In this document: positions 1 to 13,437 of the stretch, piece by piece
Layout of the letters: every line of letters begins with the position of its first letter
How positions within the stretch are numbered: the stretch's first letter is position 1
Source: Macrostomum lignano
Lineage: Eukaryota
DNA: 64,000 nt
Assembly (NCBI GenBank): GCA_002269645.1
Contig: NIVC01000280.1
Span: 62,001-126,000 of the forward strand
Direction: 5' to 3'
The notes under the pieces: model-generated
What the model was told of the DNA's origin: nothing
The model's database searches: none
Seen by the model: only the letters and a program-made list of their open reading frames with translations
Made by a program: the position numbers and the translations under genes

Positions 1-414
1 CCTCTATAGCGTACTAATTGAATGCATTAGGAGCCAACGCCAGTTTCCTACGGAGAGATCCTTATTACCAAGCCATGCCCTGCTCAGCTCAGACACGCGG
101 CACACAAATGAGCAGAAATGAAAGAGAATAAGAACCGGGAAGCAAATATGAAGTAAAGCAATTTTCTGCGTCGCCGTAGGGCAAGTGCTGATAAGTTATA
201 TTTCCGAGTATATACTGCATCTGTTGGTCCGCAGACTGTGCAGTAGAATGAGATTGTGCGCAAAGTATATTTGCAGTCTGCGCAAAACAAATAGTTCCAC
301 CAGCCTACTTGCATTATATAGCAAATTCTACACAACATTGGTTACCATGCATATCAGACAGAAACCGAGCTCGCATGACTATATTTTGCAAAGGATAGCT
401 ACAACAGCGATACT

Positions 415-1642
415 TCAGTTTGCACTGATCATCAGTTCAGTGTCGGCAGGATCCAAACGGTCACTGCTCCAAGACTTCAACAATTGCAGCTTTAAAATCT
501 GACTGCAGCGAAGGGGGCAGCGGCTTCGTCTGAGCCGGCTGCAGAGGCGGCCGTTGCTGCAGCGGGGCGCTGGGCCGATGCAGTGTCCGTCCGGTGGATC
601 GGCAGAAGGCGGCCCCGCCGCTGCCGCCGAGTCCACGCCGCGCTGAAAGATCTGGCAGAAATTCTTGCGAAAATTCTCCGAGCTGAAAAAGTACACGAAC
701 CCGTTGATGCCGTTGTTTAGCGAGGCGAGCATTACGAACAGCAGGCCGGCTGTGTAGGCCTGTTCGCGCATGTTGGATTTCCAACTGTACGTTGCCTCAA
801 GAATCTCAAAGACGCACTGCGGCATGGTGAGCAGGATGTGTATGATGCACACGGGCACCAGGAGGCGATTCACGTGCGTGCCCGTGGTGGTCGCGGCTGA
901 AGTCGCGTTGAAGCGCTGCTGCTTTTGTGGCAGAGCGACCTGCGCTGCTGCAGGTTCTGAGCTTGATGGTGGCATCCGCTGGATATCGACATCTGCTGCC
1001 GGCCGCGGGTTGGCTCTGGCGATGATGCGGATGAGTGTCACGTTGAAGACGGTCAGCAGCAGGAAGGGCAGCAGGCTGTACAAGCTCAGCGTCGTGATGA
1101 AGAACGCGAGGCGGAATTTATTATCGTTGCTGTCGCACCTGTCAACTCTGATACCGTCGTTGTAGCGAATAACGCTCAGCTTGAATATGATGACACGTTT
1201 CTTGCGAGCAGGATCAGCATTGAGCAGGACCACACCGCCAGCTTGAGTCTTCGGCGGTAGTACAGACTGGACTTGTGCGGCCATTTGGCGAACAAGAACC
1301 GTTTCAAGAGTCATCAGCACGAGTATCCAAGTAGCCGCCTCCTTGAGGAAGTAGTGTGGGAAGGTGTGCACAACGCAGAGAAAATCGCTCTCAAGCCTGA
1401 TGTCCGCTTCGACTGGGTGGCCAGCATGATGAAGTAGCGGATGGGGTTCACAGCCACGCAGGTGTCGGCCACCGCAGCAGGGTGAAGACATCGCGGGACT
1501 TGGACATGCTTCGAGTTCGCCGCATCACAACAATGACCATTATGTTGGACAGGCAGCCTATCAGCATCAGAGTGGGATAGTAGGCCATGCCGAACACTCG
1601 AATTTGCCACGGCAGGCTCCCATTCGCGCTCGAATTGCTCAT
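415..1642 (-). CDS. Intronless rhodopsin-family (class A) peptide-receptor-like GPCR, broken by four 1-nt indels (assembly error or young pseudogene)
   Basis: Three ORFs join into one 7TM protein: MSNSSANGS (N-glycan sites), TM1 YYPTLMLIGCLSNIMVIVVM, TM2 LAVADTCVA, DIRLESDFLC, TM3 WILVLMTLERF (after removing an extra A at 1302-1304), TM5 LYSLLPFLLLTVFN, TM6 VCIIHILLTMP, TM7 NNGINGFVYFFSSENFR. Indels near 1475, 1415, 1303 and 1198; corrected length 1230 nt = 409 aa. Confidence 0.85.
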
Positions 1643-4499
1643 GCGAAGCTTTTTTTTGCCTTAGTTACCTGCAGTGAGAGCAATAAGGGACTATTATATC
1701 TGTCGCTGTCTCTCTCGAAAAGCGTTTGCCGAGAGGGTTTGTCTGAATTTTTGAACGAAAAAAGCGCGTTTTAAACAGTTTGGCCTCCCCCCCGCCGGAA
1801 CTCAACTGTAATCGCTCACCTCTCCGTCCCTGCAGCAGCTTCGCCAACCCCAAGCCGGGCCAGCTCGATTGCCACTGGCTCTCCTCAGGCAAAGGAGGGA
1901 CGGCGTCTAAACCATCCAGCGAATGGACGCCGTTCTCGGCGGTTAGCAGGGGCGAAAGGAAAATTGTCAGTTGCGAGGGCGTCTGCAGGGAACGGATTAG
2001 ATGAGGGGCTTTGACGTTCTGGGGGGCGGAGAGGTGGCTGCTGCGTAGGAGGAGAGCAGGGATAGAGGGAGGCAGCGGCAGGCACCTCGTGACTGTCAGC
2101 TCGAGTTGAAGCAGCAGCCGATGCTCCGCCCTAATAATGTCAAGTCCCTCTGCCTATCCGTTTCTGCAATTTGCATATTCACCTTTCCTACAGGCGTCCC
2201 CTAGTAACGCTTTGAACTCATTCATAGTTTGTGCGCGGCAAATTTCCCATAGGCTGTCAATAAAAGAAAAAAATCTTCTTAGAGCTATTGCTCCTTTGTT
2301 TTGTCACCCGAGCGGAGAAAAATAACAATTTAGGCCGGCTAAATCATGCCGCAATGAATGGACCGCGCATTTTTTGTTATTCGAATGCACTGGCAAAATT
2401 TGGTCAGCTCAACTGAAAACCTAGTAATTTATGACTAGGTTAGGTCACGGCAAGAGCACTAGCATCAATGTGAATTCAAAAAACCTTTTCCGACCTGCCC
2501 GGAGATATGCATGTCGGTTAACAGCATAACAGTTAAGGAAATGCTTCTCCGGTCAACCGCTGGCTTCTGTACGAAGGTTGGACCTCCAATTGGGGGTTTT
2601 TGCACGCATATTTTTTCTGCTGATTACCTTGTGTCTTACTGTAGTGTCAGCTTGCGTGTCGCTGTAGCAATTTTTCCACTCGAGCGGTCTGTTTGTAAAC
2701 TTTCCTCCGATGAACTTGAGGAACTTTATCTTCCCGTCTTGTTTTTGGCCTGACAGCCAGAGCCTGAAATTAATGATCGTGCAGCTGAGAGGCGGGCTGG
2801 GACTCTCCGAAGCACGTAATCCGTGACTTCTGGAGCAGTTTTATTGTAACGACATTTTGGATATTTTGTCCGCAGTAAATCACAAGTCCACAAATCAGAA
2901 TCTTGAATGTTGAAAACACAGAAAAATATGCAATATTTTAAAGCTATTGAGACCGTGCTCTGTAGATACAAATTTGACTCCAACGAGTATTAGACAGCTC
3001 AATGCCCAGACCACGAGGCCAACACAAGGGCGCACCTATCACTGCGCCTGCACCTGCTGCAGCAGAACGTGCTTCTTTTGACGCTACAGGGGCAGCGCTA
3101 TGATCTACCTGGCAAACTGCAGTCGCAGGAGGGCTTTGAAATAAGACAAAAGTCAGCCAGCAGCCAGCAAGGAGGCAGAGACATGCCCATTTTTAACCCT
3201 CGGCACGCAAAGTCATATGGATGCGTACACAGGTACTCTTTCATACAGAAGGGACCATGCGGCACTGTGAGCTTTGGGGGCTGGCACTATTGCGTCAATC
3301 GCTCGGGAAGCCTTAGGCAAGGAATCGAACCCAAGGTCTGTATAAGTACAATTGCCGGGCACGCTTTCACTCTACTTCTCTGCCCCGCGTCATCTGGCTG
3401 ATGACTCACGAGGTGATCCCGAATGAATTTTCGGCAGAGCAGGTCCGATCCTTCTACGTCTTTGCGTGGGAATCGGAACTGGTTTTTTGGCCGGTCACGT
3501 GATTTTGCTTCGCTTTTAGCGAGCCAGCTGGAGCAAATATAGCTGCTTTGCCTTTTCTAAAGGGCTTCTCAAATTATTCAAGAAGCCGCATAACAAAAAT
3601 GCAGCCTGTTTCATCCGATAGACTGCTACTACAAGCTTTCAATCAAATTAGGTTACTTTCTCTGAATATATTAAAAATAGCTAACTCTGCGCTGAAATCC
3701 TAAATTTCCTCCGTTGAAAGTGTAAGACGTCTTCTCCGCTCGCTGTATTCATTAGTCTATGGTCCGAGTTACATTTGAAGTTGATTCGCCGAGAATTTCT
3801 CGTTTCTGAAAAACTCGGAATTTGCCTTAACTTGCATTGATGCTGCTATGCATATGCAAATGCTATGCAGCTATCGAAAGCGTTGTCAAAAATCTGTTCT
3901 CAACTGTGCCAACTGCCGACACGACACAAACACGACAGTCTTCGGCGAACATGCGACTAAGGCTGGTGGAAGGAGGCGTAAGCAAAGCGATAGCCGCTCA
4001 AACGATAGAACGAATTAGCAAAAAGGCGGCAGAACACACATTTACGGACAATAGACATGCGTAATTCCGAAAGAATACATGTATGTCAGCTGTACTCTAG
4101 TCCGAGCGTGCCATAGACGGCTGGCAGAGCGCCTCGGCTACATGGCGGCGCGCGCCAATGCATGATTAAATTGAGTGCTCGCAGGATCAACTAGGCTGCA
4201 AAATTCATTAATGAGAATGGAGTGCCAGGGTAGTGTGGCTCTGAATGCTTTTAGTTGAATTTTCAATCTCTACTAAAGAGGGACTCTGATAAAGAGTGCA
4301 GTAAATGCCGATTCAATAATTCTGTCCGGAATTGGCAAGTGAAGCGAATTGACTGCGCGCTTTGATAGATGGAAAATCACAAGATTTTTTCAATTTTACC
4401 ATTAACAGGATGAATACGGAATTAAGTGCATTAGAGGACATGCAGGGTTCAATGCTGAGGTCATAGAGGTAACGAGGAAGCAATCTGGCGTTGTACTGC

Positions 4500-4990
4500 G
4501 ACAAAAGCTGTAAAAGAGGTACGCGGCCTGTCAAACTTCTTCGAGATATTCTCTGGATGCTCCAAGGAGATACGTTAGCGCCGTTTCTGTTCCTTTGCTG
4601 CTTGACTGGGCGTTGCGAACTGCTCTGCCTTGCAACACGGACGGCTTTCTTCTGCGGCGACGCCGAAACTTTGAGGCTGACGGATTCGCTCGAACAGCAA
4701 GTTGACGCCTTCTGCCCGCCACCTTCAAGATTGCTAACGAGTGAACAATACGGCGTTCTATCGCTGCGACGCCCTGGCCAATTCAAGCGACTCTAGCTGG
4801 CAGGCCACATCATCCGTAACCGAGTCTTGTTGCCCACAACGGTGCAGGAGGTGCGGCTGCTGACGCTGCTGGCACCCTACCGGCGAGGACAGGCGCGTGC
4901 TCTTTGCGTTTCAGATGCTGCATTCTGGCTGACGTCGGAGCGGCCTATATTCGTGCACAAACCCTAAGGCGGGTATTGTGACGCTGCTAT
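4500..4990 (+). mobile_element. Degenerate non-LTR retrotransposon (LINE) reverse transcriptase fragment
   Basis: LQGDTLAPFLF...LLDWALRTALP (RT motif) across a frameshift, then a C-terminal-like LAG.HIIR...VQEV.LLTLLAPYRRGQAR; no YADD seen between them. Confidence 0.65.
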
Positions 4991-7900
4991 GACTGTCTAC
5001 ATGTACGAGCGTTTTGAATGTACGAGCGTTTTGAATTTTTTATACTTGCGTTGCCAGTGTAAAATGCAAACCTATTGAGATGGCAAGTAGAGATTTATTG
5101 CCGCTGTCGCGGCCTTGGCAGCACCCTGCCTTAATAAGGCACTCATGCGATGCAGACTACAATAAAACGATGCTCCGTTGAGCTTATCAGCTTATATTGT
5201 GGCAGAGTCGTATAATTTTCATGATTCATTTGCGTGATAAATTTTCCGAATAAAATTGGACGCCATTTCGAAAGCCGGAGCGACCGCAGCCCAGCAGCTC
5301 GGGGACCATCTTTTGAGTCCGCAATCGAAAACACGATATTTCCATCTTGCGCAGGCCGGGGGGCGAGCCGGATTTCAAGTTGAAATAAATTATGCAATTA
5401 GGCCCACCAGAAATTGGCACTTAAATTCGGAGAGCGGCGGTCTCTGCTATCCGTGTCAGCTGATTCAGCCGGGTTTTAGTGTTAATCTCGATTTGTCACT
5501 TTTCGACGGTCGAATGTTGATGCTCTGCTGCTTCCTGCGGTGCCGTTGGTTCAGCATCAAATCGCGTAGCCACTGAATAGTCTAGCACCATTTATACTGA
5601 CTCATTATTATAATATTATTCTATTGTTGAGTTAATGTGATTCTGTAGTCTGAATTCATGAACTGGGAATCACTGTGAGCTGCCCAGACACTTGGTCAGG
5701 GAGGCTGGGCATTATGGATATCCTCTGCCTTCTCCAGTAGGGAAACATTCTTCCAGTTCATGATTAGCATTATGACGCAGATTTCGATCTTGACGGGCGA
5801 GGCTTTATCTCGCATGCAATTGAGTCTGCGGAGCAATGACGATGAGGATTTAGGAAGCCAATGAGAAGCTGGGGAATGGTCATGATGCCGCAATCAGCGC
5901 GGGCATAATTGCTTGACTTGGCGCAAATGAGAAACCGCCCGGGGGCAGTCCATTTATCTTTCTTAACAAATTGCTTTCTGATCTGCCTTATTCTGGGTAT
6001 TTGGTTCATTTTGGCTTGTCAGAAATATGTCTGTCTGGCTACATCTGTCCTTAGCATGCCACTTCCTGCTATGACACAATATGCATAGCATGTTATTGGC
6101 AGATGAGATTCCACGTCTATAAACACAGCTCCAAGGAGGAGTGGGGTCCGAACACAGTCTACTAATTGACAGCAGGGAAGTCCGCTTGCACTGCCCCTGC
6201 TGCTGCACTTTCTGTTGTTTGCGCAGTCTTGCTGAGCATTAGCAAGGCCTTAAAAGCGCGATTCAATCGTTAAAATAAACCGCGGAAAGTGAATTTGACT
6301 TGTAAAATGCAATATAAAGCAGCAGGGGAGGACGCACTGATCCACGAAGGGACACTGCCTAAAAAGCGGCAGTTCCTATATGGAAGCCATTTTCAAGTCA
6401 CCCGTAAAACGCCATGTTTTTTCTTGAAACAGCAGGATTACTCCAGACATTGGCAGCAAATGATTAGCGAACACCGCTTGCACACGGGAGATCAGAGTGA
6501 GGCTGCACTGTTTGGTCTTATAAAACTTAATCTTGAGACAAGCAGAGCAGCTAGGCTAGCTAGGCAACATATTCGTACAAGTAAAAACATACTCTGATAT
6601 TTTAAAAATTCAATAGAGTCTTCACCATCTGGTTGAAACGATCAGTATTGTGAGGAGAAAATTTTCACTAACACCCGGGCATTGCAGGTTGTTCTCTGTT
6701 TGCTGACTCTGTTTCCTCGCATCCTGGGATTTGACCATTCCGGAGCAAACTGGACAAATTTTTAGCTGCTTTTGGTATTCATTGGGCTGGGGTTGGGCTG
6801 ACAGGAAGTGGCTGTAGACTCGCTTAGCCCGGGTGCTGCAGTTTCCCATGCAACCCATGAGGAAGTGGGAGAATTCATTCCTTGTGGCTCCATGCTTGGT
6901 AACTGCCGTCCCTGGCAGATCACACTGCATCTGCGGTCTGCTCGCCGCCTAGCTACTCACAGACTGCTTTTCCATTAGTGCCGCACACGGCTCAGCCTTG
7001 GGCTCAGCAGCTGGCAATGGCATATGACCATTAGCCAGATGTTTGAAGTGTCAATCAATGCGGTGTGTTAGACTAAGGTCCAGGGCCGCGTTAGCATCCC
7101 CATTTTGATGTCGTCTCTCTTCTCTCTGCACTATAATAGATCAGCGAAATTTGACCTGTTCCAATCTTCAAGTCCGGGCAAGCACCACAGCTCCAGAGCC
7201 GAGCTCCAGAGCCTAATGGCGCCAATCTGTGCAAAGTAATTCATGGAATGGGAAGTATACTTTATGCCTTAGATAATGCTAAGCCCCCAGCTACTGCTGT
7301 TTATGGTTTTCTAGATTAAATTTTATGAGCCAAGCTATCTCTGCGAATGCTAGCTCGTAAAGAGTGTTCACCCTGGATCCTGTAGAATAGGATTCAGAGA
7401 CTCGCGGAATGGGAAAAATACTGATAGAAGTTGGCGCCGCAACCGGCCCCTGGTCATAGATCTGCATCCACCCAAACTGAATGAATTTCAAGGTAGCGTT
7501 CGATCCTGGGGAAAAGGCTCTCTACGGACCCCAGGGCTGCTGAGGTGCCTGTACTGGTCTCCGGACCGCTGAAGGGGACCATGGAAGCTGCCACCACCTG
7601 TCATGAGCAGGCGCACCGCCATTCCCACTCTAACGAGGCAGGGGCCTCCCCCAATGACCGGAGCATTTGATCGAGCTAGTCAGGGAGCTGGCCATAGCCG
7701 AAGATGGGACTCTGCTTGGGTGTTTATCGAGAGTCTGCTACACTCATCAGAGCACTTCTCACCATGGGATCCTTGTGACTGGGACAGACAAAAATACCAG
7801 CGTGTCAGACTACTAAAAGTGGTATGAGAGAATATGAACCCTATAGTTTCCAGATGATCAGTGCGAGAATGGCCCTATGTCCAGGGATTGTGATACTTCC

Positions 7901-10277
7901 GGCCCTTCCAATGCTAACAAATCTCTGCTACTCACGCTCACACTCGCGGACTGCTAGTGGACTGCTAGTGGTCCTTGCGAGCAGCTTAATAATAGTAGTA
8001 AATTCTGCGGTTAACAGGGCACAGGCCTGAGTGCGACCGAAGATGCTCGACCTTGCTGATGCTGGCTGCTGATGCCGCAGGCAGGCTGTTGCTGCTGCTG
8101 TGTGTGTGTGTGTCGCCGGAACGAGTCCCCGATCAGAGCCACTCCGGGTGGGCTGACCGAAGGGCTTCGTGTTCCGAATCAACCCGAGTGTTCGTTTGTC
8201 TGGGGAGAGGTTCCCTGGCTCCCATCCGCCGCTTAAAGGCCCTCGGGAAATAGGATAGGTGCAAGGACCACTGAAGTCACTTCGTAGTCCTTGGATAGGT
8301 GTTGCTGCTGTTGCTGCCGGAACTAATATATCGTCACCAGTCAGGACAGAGAGTCACCGGTATAGTCCCCGGGAACGGACAGGAGTCAGTTTGGAGTCAG
8401 GAGGGATACGTCTTACGCTCTAATTAGGCATGCTGACACCAGAAAAAGCTTTGTGTCTTCCAAATCCCAGTGTTCCGCGATGAATCAAAAAGTCCTACAA
8501 CCTAGGCCAACCTCTGCGTTTTTATCGGAATCGTTGAATAGTGCAACAACTTTATATAAACCCCAATCACTGGCTCAAAAACAAAAATCATGAAATGTAA
8601 ATCACAACAGTTGCAAAAGCGCCGTACATCAAAGTGGCGTTTTTAGCGATCTCTAACGTTTTTTGGTTTACTATCGCTCATGTTTAGTTTAGAAACTGAA
8701 AAGCCCTAGTGTGATATATATACAGGTCTATAATGAGTACGGGTCTTCCATTACGATTCAAAATGTTAAAAAATCACATTTAATGACGAAGGCCAATAAC
8801 TGAGTTGAAATTGAACACAAATCAGTTATAGGTTTACGCTTTAACGATTTTAACAACGAAAGGCATAAAACTGCTACTTTTGTGTGTTAAAATTAAACTT
8901 ATTTTGCATTTAAGTATTTTTAACATTTTATTAATTTCAGAATTTCGTTTAGAAAAAGAAATTTGCTGCAAATTCTCTTTTTGAATTTTTCGTGGGAACC
9001 TGTACCACGTGTGTAGTTTCTTGGAGTTTTTTGTTCGTATGCGTATAGGCCTTTAGTGTATGAATATTTCAGAAAAAAACTTGCTCTTAATTCTGCCATT
9101 GAAATGTACGAATTTACTGTTCGTGCCTCACGCTTTGCCTATAAATTGTGCACAAATAAATATTTACATATTTGCATAATACTAATAGCTAAATGCAAAT
9201 AGAAATAGGCTTAAACATTGTACTTGTGAGAATATTCGTCAGACATTTTCAGACCATGCATTTTGACTTTAATGATTTTTATGCATTAATAAATACTAGC
9301 CTAATATTTTAGTATATTAAAAACATATACTTCTATGGTCTATCCATTTGGCATTTGGTCTGTCCTTTGCGGTCCTTAAAAGTAAATTAGGAAGTTTAGT
9401 CTATTAATAAAGAATTATTATTATTATTAATTATTATTATTATTATTAATAAAGAACTTTCAAAATGTGTTGATTTCTAATTATTTTTGAATATGAAATT
9501 GTTATAACCAAAGAAATTTTAACCAATGAAGACTATAATGTGATATATAATGAATGCTGTTTAGCTCCAATTTTTTGTGCATCAAATAATTTACATTTAA
9601 ATTTAGTTTAAAATTGACTGTTGCATTCTTGATTGATTTTTCTAGATTTATGATGAATATTTTCCTAACTATTCTCTCTCAAAGTGGGTTGAATGCTCTG
9701 TAGGTATGTATAGTTGATGGGTATTTGCTAACTAGTTTATTAAACATTGCTATATTCCTATATTCTCTAAACACATGCTGCTACAATTAAGTTTCAGCAA
9801 TTTTTCAAAGACTAGCAAATCAAAGGAATATACACTGCCTACATGTGGATTCAGTATTTTGTCTGCCAGATCTCTCTAACAGTTACTTGGCTGCCAATAA
9901 ATCTTGCAACATTTATTGATAACCAGGCTCTATATAGTCTGAACTGGCAAGAGTTAAATCATGTAAGTTGAGATTCACGTCCAAATCCATTTGTTTTTTT
10001 ATGCAGCATCCAACAGTTGAACATTCCAGGACCCATCGCCGGCTGAATATGAGATTGCGACAATGCGAACTAACCAAAACGAACTTTACAACTGCCATGT
10101 GCCAACGAAGGTAATCGAGAAATTCAATGTAAGCATTCGGTTTCTTTGTCTACTTTGCTTCTTAGTCAGGGTTGCCTGCTTGTAGAAAGGGGCCTGACTG
10201 CTTGCCTCCTTGCTCTCTGCGGGTCGACTGACTGCTTGTTTTGCGGCAGTTCCCACAGCCCCGGCAACTACTTGTAG

Positions 10278-11699
10278 CTAATAACGAGTCGCCGTTCCTG
10301 CTTTTTGTGTGACCGCCTGGCCCCTCCTTGGCATTTCAACTTGAAGGCCTCCGACACCTTCGTTGTGAACGAAGCCGCATTAGAAGCCGCTCGCTGGCTG
10401 CTGCTGCCGCTGCTGAGCACCGAGTCTCCCGAATCTCCGATTGAAGAGCCTGATGAAGACACCTGCTGGCAGCTGCTGACCACGGCCAGCGTGCCCGGCG
10501 AGTTTTGGCAGCGCAGCCGAGACGTTGTCTACAAATTGTGTAGCATCGCGCACGGCAGCCAGGTGCAACTGCTTAGCCAAGACGGCAGCAGCGGCGTCTG
10601 GAACATCGGTGGCTTCCCAGACGGCGGCGACGTGGCGGACGAAATCGCCGCCGCTCTGCGCCCGGGACCGCCGGGCAGCTTCGTTGAAGTTGACAGCAGG
10701 CACCGGCTGGCGTTCGTCGAGCTGACTTTAGACTCCGGCGGCGATGCCTGCCCTGATGACCCCGGAGTCAATTTGTCAACGATTCTGCGATTTGCTTGCG
10801 GCACCAAGCCCGGCCTGGTGTCGGCTGTTCAGCCCGGACCGTGTCGGCACCGACTGCTGCTGCTGACGCCGCTGCTGTGCGGTCAGCCTGCGTTTCGGCC
10901 GAGGCCGGCCCGGTTGAACCGCATCGCGTGTCGACGAGTTTCTCCTAAAAGTGGGTACGTCAAAGTTCTGGGTTTTTTTACACTGCGTGTTTCTAAGATG
11001 CAGATACTTCAGCTTAACATTCTCAGGTGACCAATATAGATGCGCAGATGCTGGATTGCCCAGTAAAATTAAACTTTTACAGCAAAACTCCAGCTTGAAC
11101 TGCCTCTATCCCACACATTCTTAGCCTTCTTGTAGTTCTTCCTGTATGGATAGGTTGGCCACCATTCTAAATATTCAGGCTGGGCCACCGCCATCCTCCC
11201 ATTTCCTTCCAAGTTCTTAGGCTGGGTTACCACCTTCAAGATACTCAGTCTGGGTTACCACCTTCAAGATCATCCGGCTGGGCCGCACCCTCCCAAAGTC
11301 AGAAGATTTTATCCTTTTATAAGTGTTAAAATCAGGATTGCAGGACCCCTTCCTCAGGAGGGAATCCAACATTCACTTGAATTTTCCCAATGCAATCAGC
11401 AGCGCCAAGTCGGGGCCGCCCAGATCTCTGGCCGAGCTGGAGGCCAGCCGGGATCACGGACGGCTGTCCAGCCTGTTGCTGGGTTCCATGGGCTCGTCTG
11501 ACGGCACCAGTAAGCTGCGGCTTGGCGTTGGAGACGCGTCGTCTGAGGTGAGCTCGTGTTGGCTCCGGGGAATGCAGCGGTTGCGGCTCTCAGCTCACAG
11601 CTCACGGATGCTCTTCTTCCTCCTCAATTGCAGACTGTGATCTTCTGGTTCAGCAACGTACCCTGGCTATTGGACGACGAAGAGACTGATGATAACTGA
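10278..11699 (+). CDS. Divergent ERLEC1/OS-9-like protein with a single MRH domain (5' end unresolved)
   Basis: Exons 10278?-10954, 11400-11547 and 11634-11699, phase-consistent GT-AG. The motifs YKLC..HG.QVQ, GDAC, RFAC, PCRH, TPLLCGQPAFRPRPARLNRIAC and PPRSLAELE match the ERLEC1/OS-9 layout. Confidence 0.7.
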
Positions 11700-12021
11700 T
11701 TTTGAACCTTTCAGTCCAATAGTTGCTACTTGTCAGTAGCGTGCTTCGGATCATTGCTACAGTTTCTTTCCAATTCATTTGTCGCATTTGTTTTCATGTT
11801 TAATATGAAATCTGTCTGTTCAAGCAAATTTGGAGCTTTCTGACATAAAAGTGTTTTTAGAAATTTGCGGCGTTTTTCTTTTCGTCTGTATTGGATAAAA
11901 TAATGAAGTAAATATAAGAATGCAACATTGCAGGCATCGGTTTTGCTAAGATTCAGATTCTAAAAAAGACTTTCATAATCAACGAATGACAGCTTCTATT
12001 TTCGGTCTTCATTTGTTTCTG

Positions 12022-12090
<69 letters not shown>
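12022..12090. repeat. (CTA)n microsatellite, about 23 copies
   Basis: Directly visible; explains the poly-Leu ORF 11986-12231. Confidence 0.95.
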
Positions 12091-12401
12091 AGTAGTATTA
12101 CATGGGATAGAAAGCTTACTATGTATCCAAGATCGCTGGATGAGTGTCAAGGACAATCTCCAGCCAATCCAAGGCACCGACCAATGTTTGCCGTTGGTTT
12201 CGGATGTTCAACTGCTGAAATTTTGAATTAAAACCCACGCACTCCTCTTAGCGATATCCTGCGAAATCTGACAAAGAAGGCAGCTAACTTCAGCTCAAAA
12301 CTGCGTGTTTAATATATTTTGAAGGTAAGAAGTTTTTCGGCGTATTTCCGTAATGAGTGAGCTTCTCGGTATCCATAGGCCAAGTCTGTTCAGGCCATTT
12401 G

Positions 12402-12566
12402 AAGTTCCTGCATGCAAATTGCGGAGTTTCATTTGGAGTTCCTGTATGCAAATGTGGAGTTTCATTTGGAGTTCCTGCATGCAAATGTGGAGTTTCATTT
12501 GGAGTTCCTGCATGCAAATGTGGAGTTTCATTTGGAGTTCCTGTATGCAAATTGTGGAGTTTCATC
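12402..12566. repeat. 33-bp minisatellite, about 5 copies
   Basis: Unit GAGTTCCTGCATGCAAATGTGGAGTTTCATTTG. Confidence 0.9.
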
Positions 12567-13437
12567 CGAGCGAAGCGAGGAGATACTGTCTATGGTTCAT
12601 CTCCTCGCATCAGGCGATTCTTTGTATGTAATCCACGGCATGTGCGACCTGAATATAACGCCTTATCTCCGCCGGAGATAATGAGTTATCTCGCTATCCA
12701 TGTCTATCCATCTCGTTGGTTTTTCTATGGTTTTCTATTCAAAATTCCTCCAGACGAATTTGACGGAATTTTGTTTGCCCTCTTTACCAACAACTATTGC
12801 CTTACCTTCCCACACAGGGGGTAACAAACGATCAAATCCTGGCCAAAAGCAAGCGGTTCGCTAAAGAGCTGACCTTTTTTAAGCCGCCGTTGTGTTTACC
12901 TTATCGACGGTCCTGGCTGAGATTTAGTTAGCAAGAATCGTCGCCAGTCGCCGGTAGTACGATAGTACATAAGCAGCCAAAGATTGGTGAAAATACGATT
13001 AGTCATCTAGACCAAAGGTGGTCTAAGTTCGCAAAAAAATTGCGAAAATCTGCAATGACCGATTGGCTTCTTTTAAAGATTTTCGCTATGTAGTGTAGGT
13101 CTCGTGCGACGTGTCGCTATGTAGTGTTTCTGGACTTGACTGACGCTAACTTGCAACAAAGTGAGTCATCGTATGGAAGTCTTTTATTTTTCTATAAAAC
13201 ACTTCAAAACATTAAAACAGCATAATACGCTTGCACAATTTCAAAGTCGAATTTAATTAAACTTCTGCATCCGCCTTAACTCGAGCGCATATTATATTTG
13301 TTTCCATTTCAAAAGTTCATGACCTGAGTGAATGGTCGATTACATGCTAAATTTTACCGAACAAAGAAAGTAATGATAAAAACTAGGGAATAATAAGGTT
13401 ATCTTTGTCTCAACCTAATATATAACCCACAGTGGCC

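Noticed and set aside
1190-1480. Programmed ribosomal frameshifting in the GPCR (also in the PAN-LamG and SAC genes)
   Set aside because: No slippery heptamers or downstream pseudoknots, and several shifts per gene would be required.
3295-3400. tRNA gene or tRNA-derived SINE on the minus strand
   Set aside because: Only a B-box-like GGGTTCGATTCC is present; no convincing A box or cloverleaf.
5696-6930. Transposase or tyrosine-recombinase relic in the Cys/His-containing short ORFs
   Set aside because: Resemblances (AVTK...MG...RVY, CILC) were too vague to support a family call without a search.
7280-8560. Gypsy LTR element
   Set aside because: Only 9-nt PBS-like matches (8441-8433, 8340-8331) and a reversed TATA-like tract; no gag/pol motif or LTR pair found.
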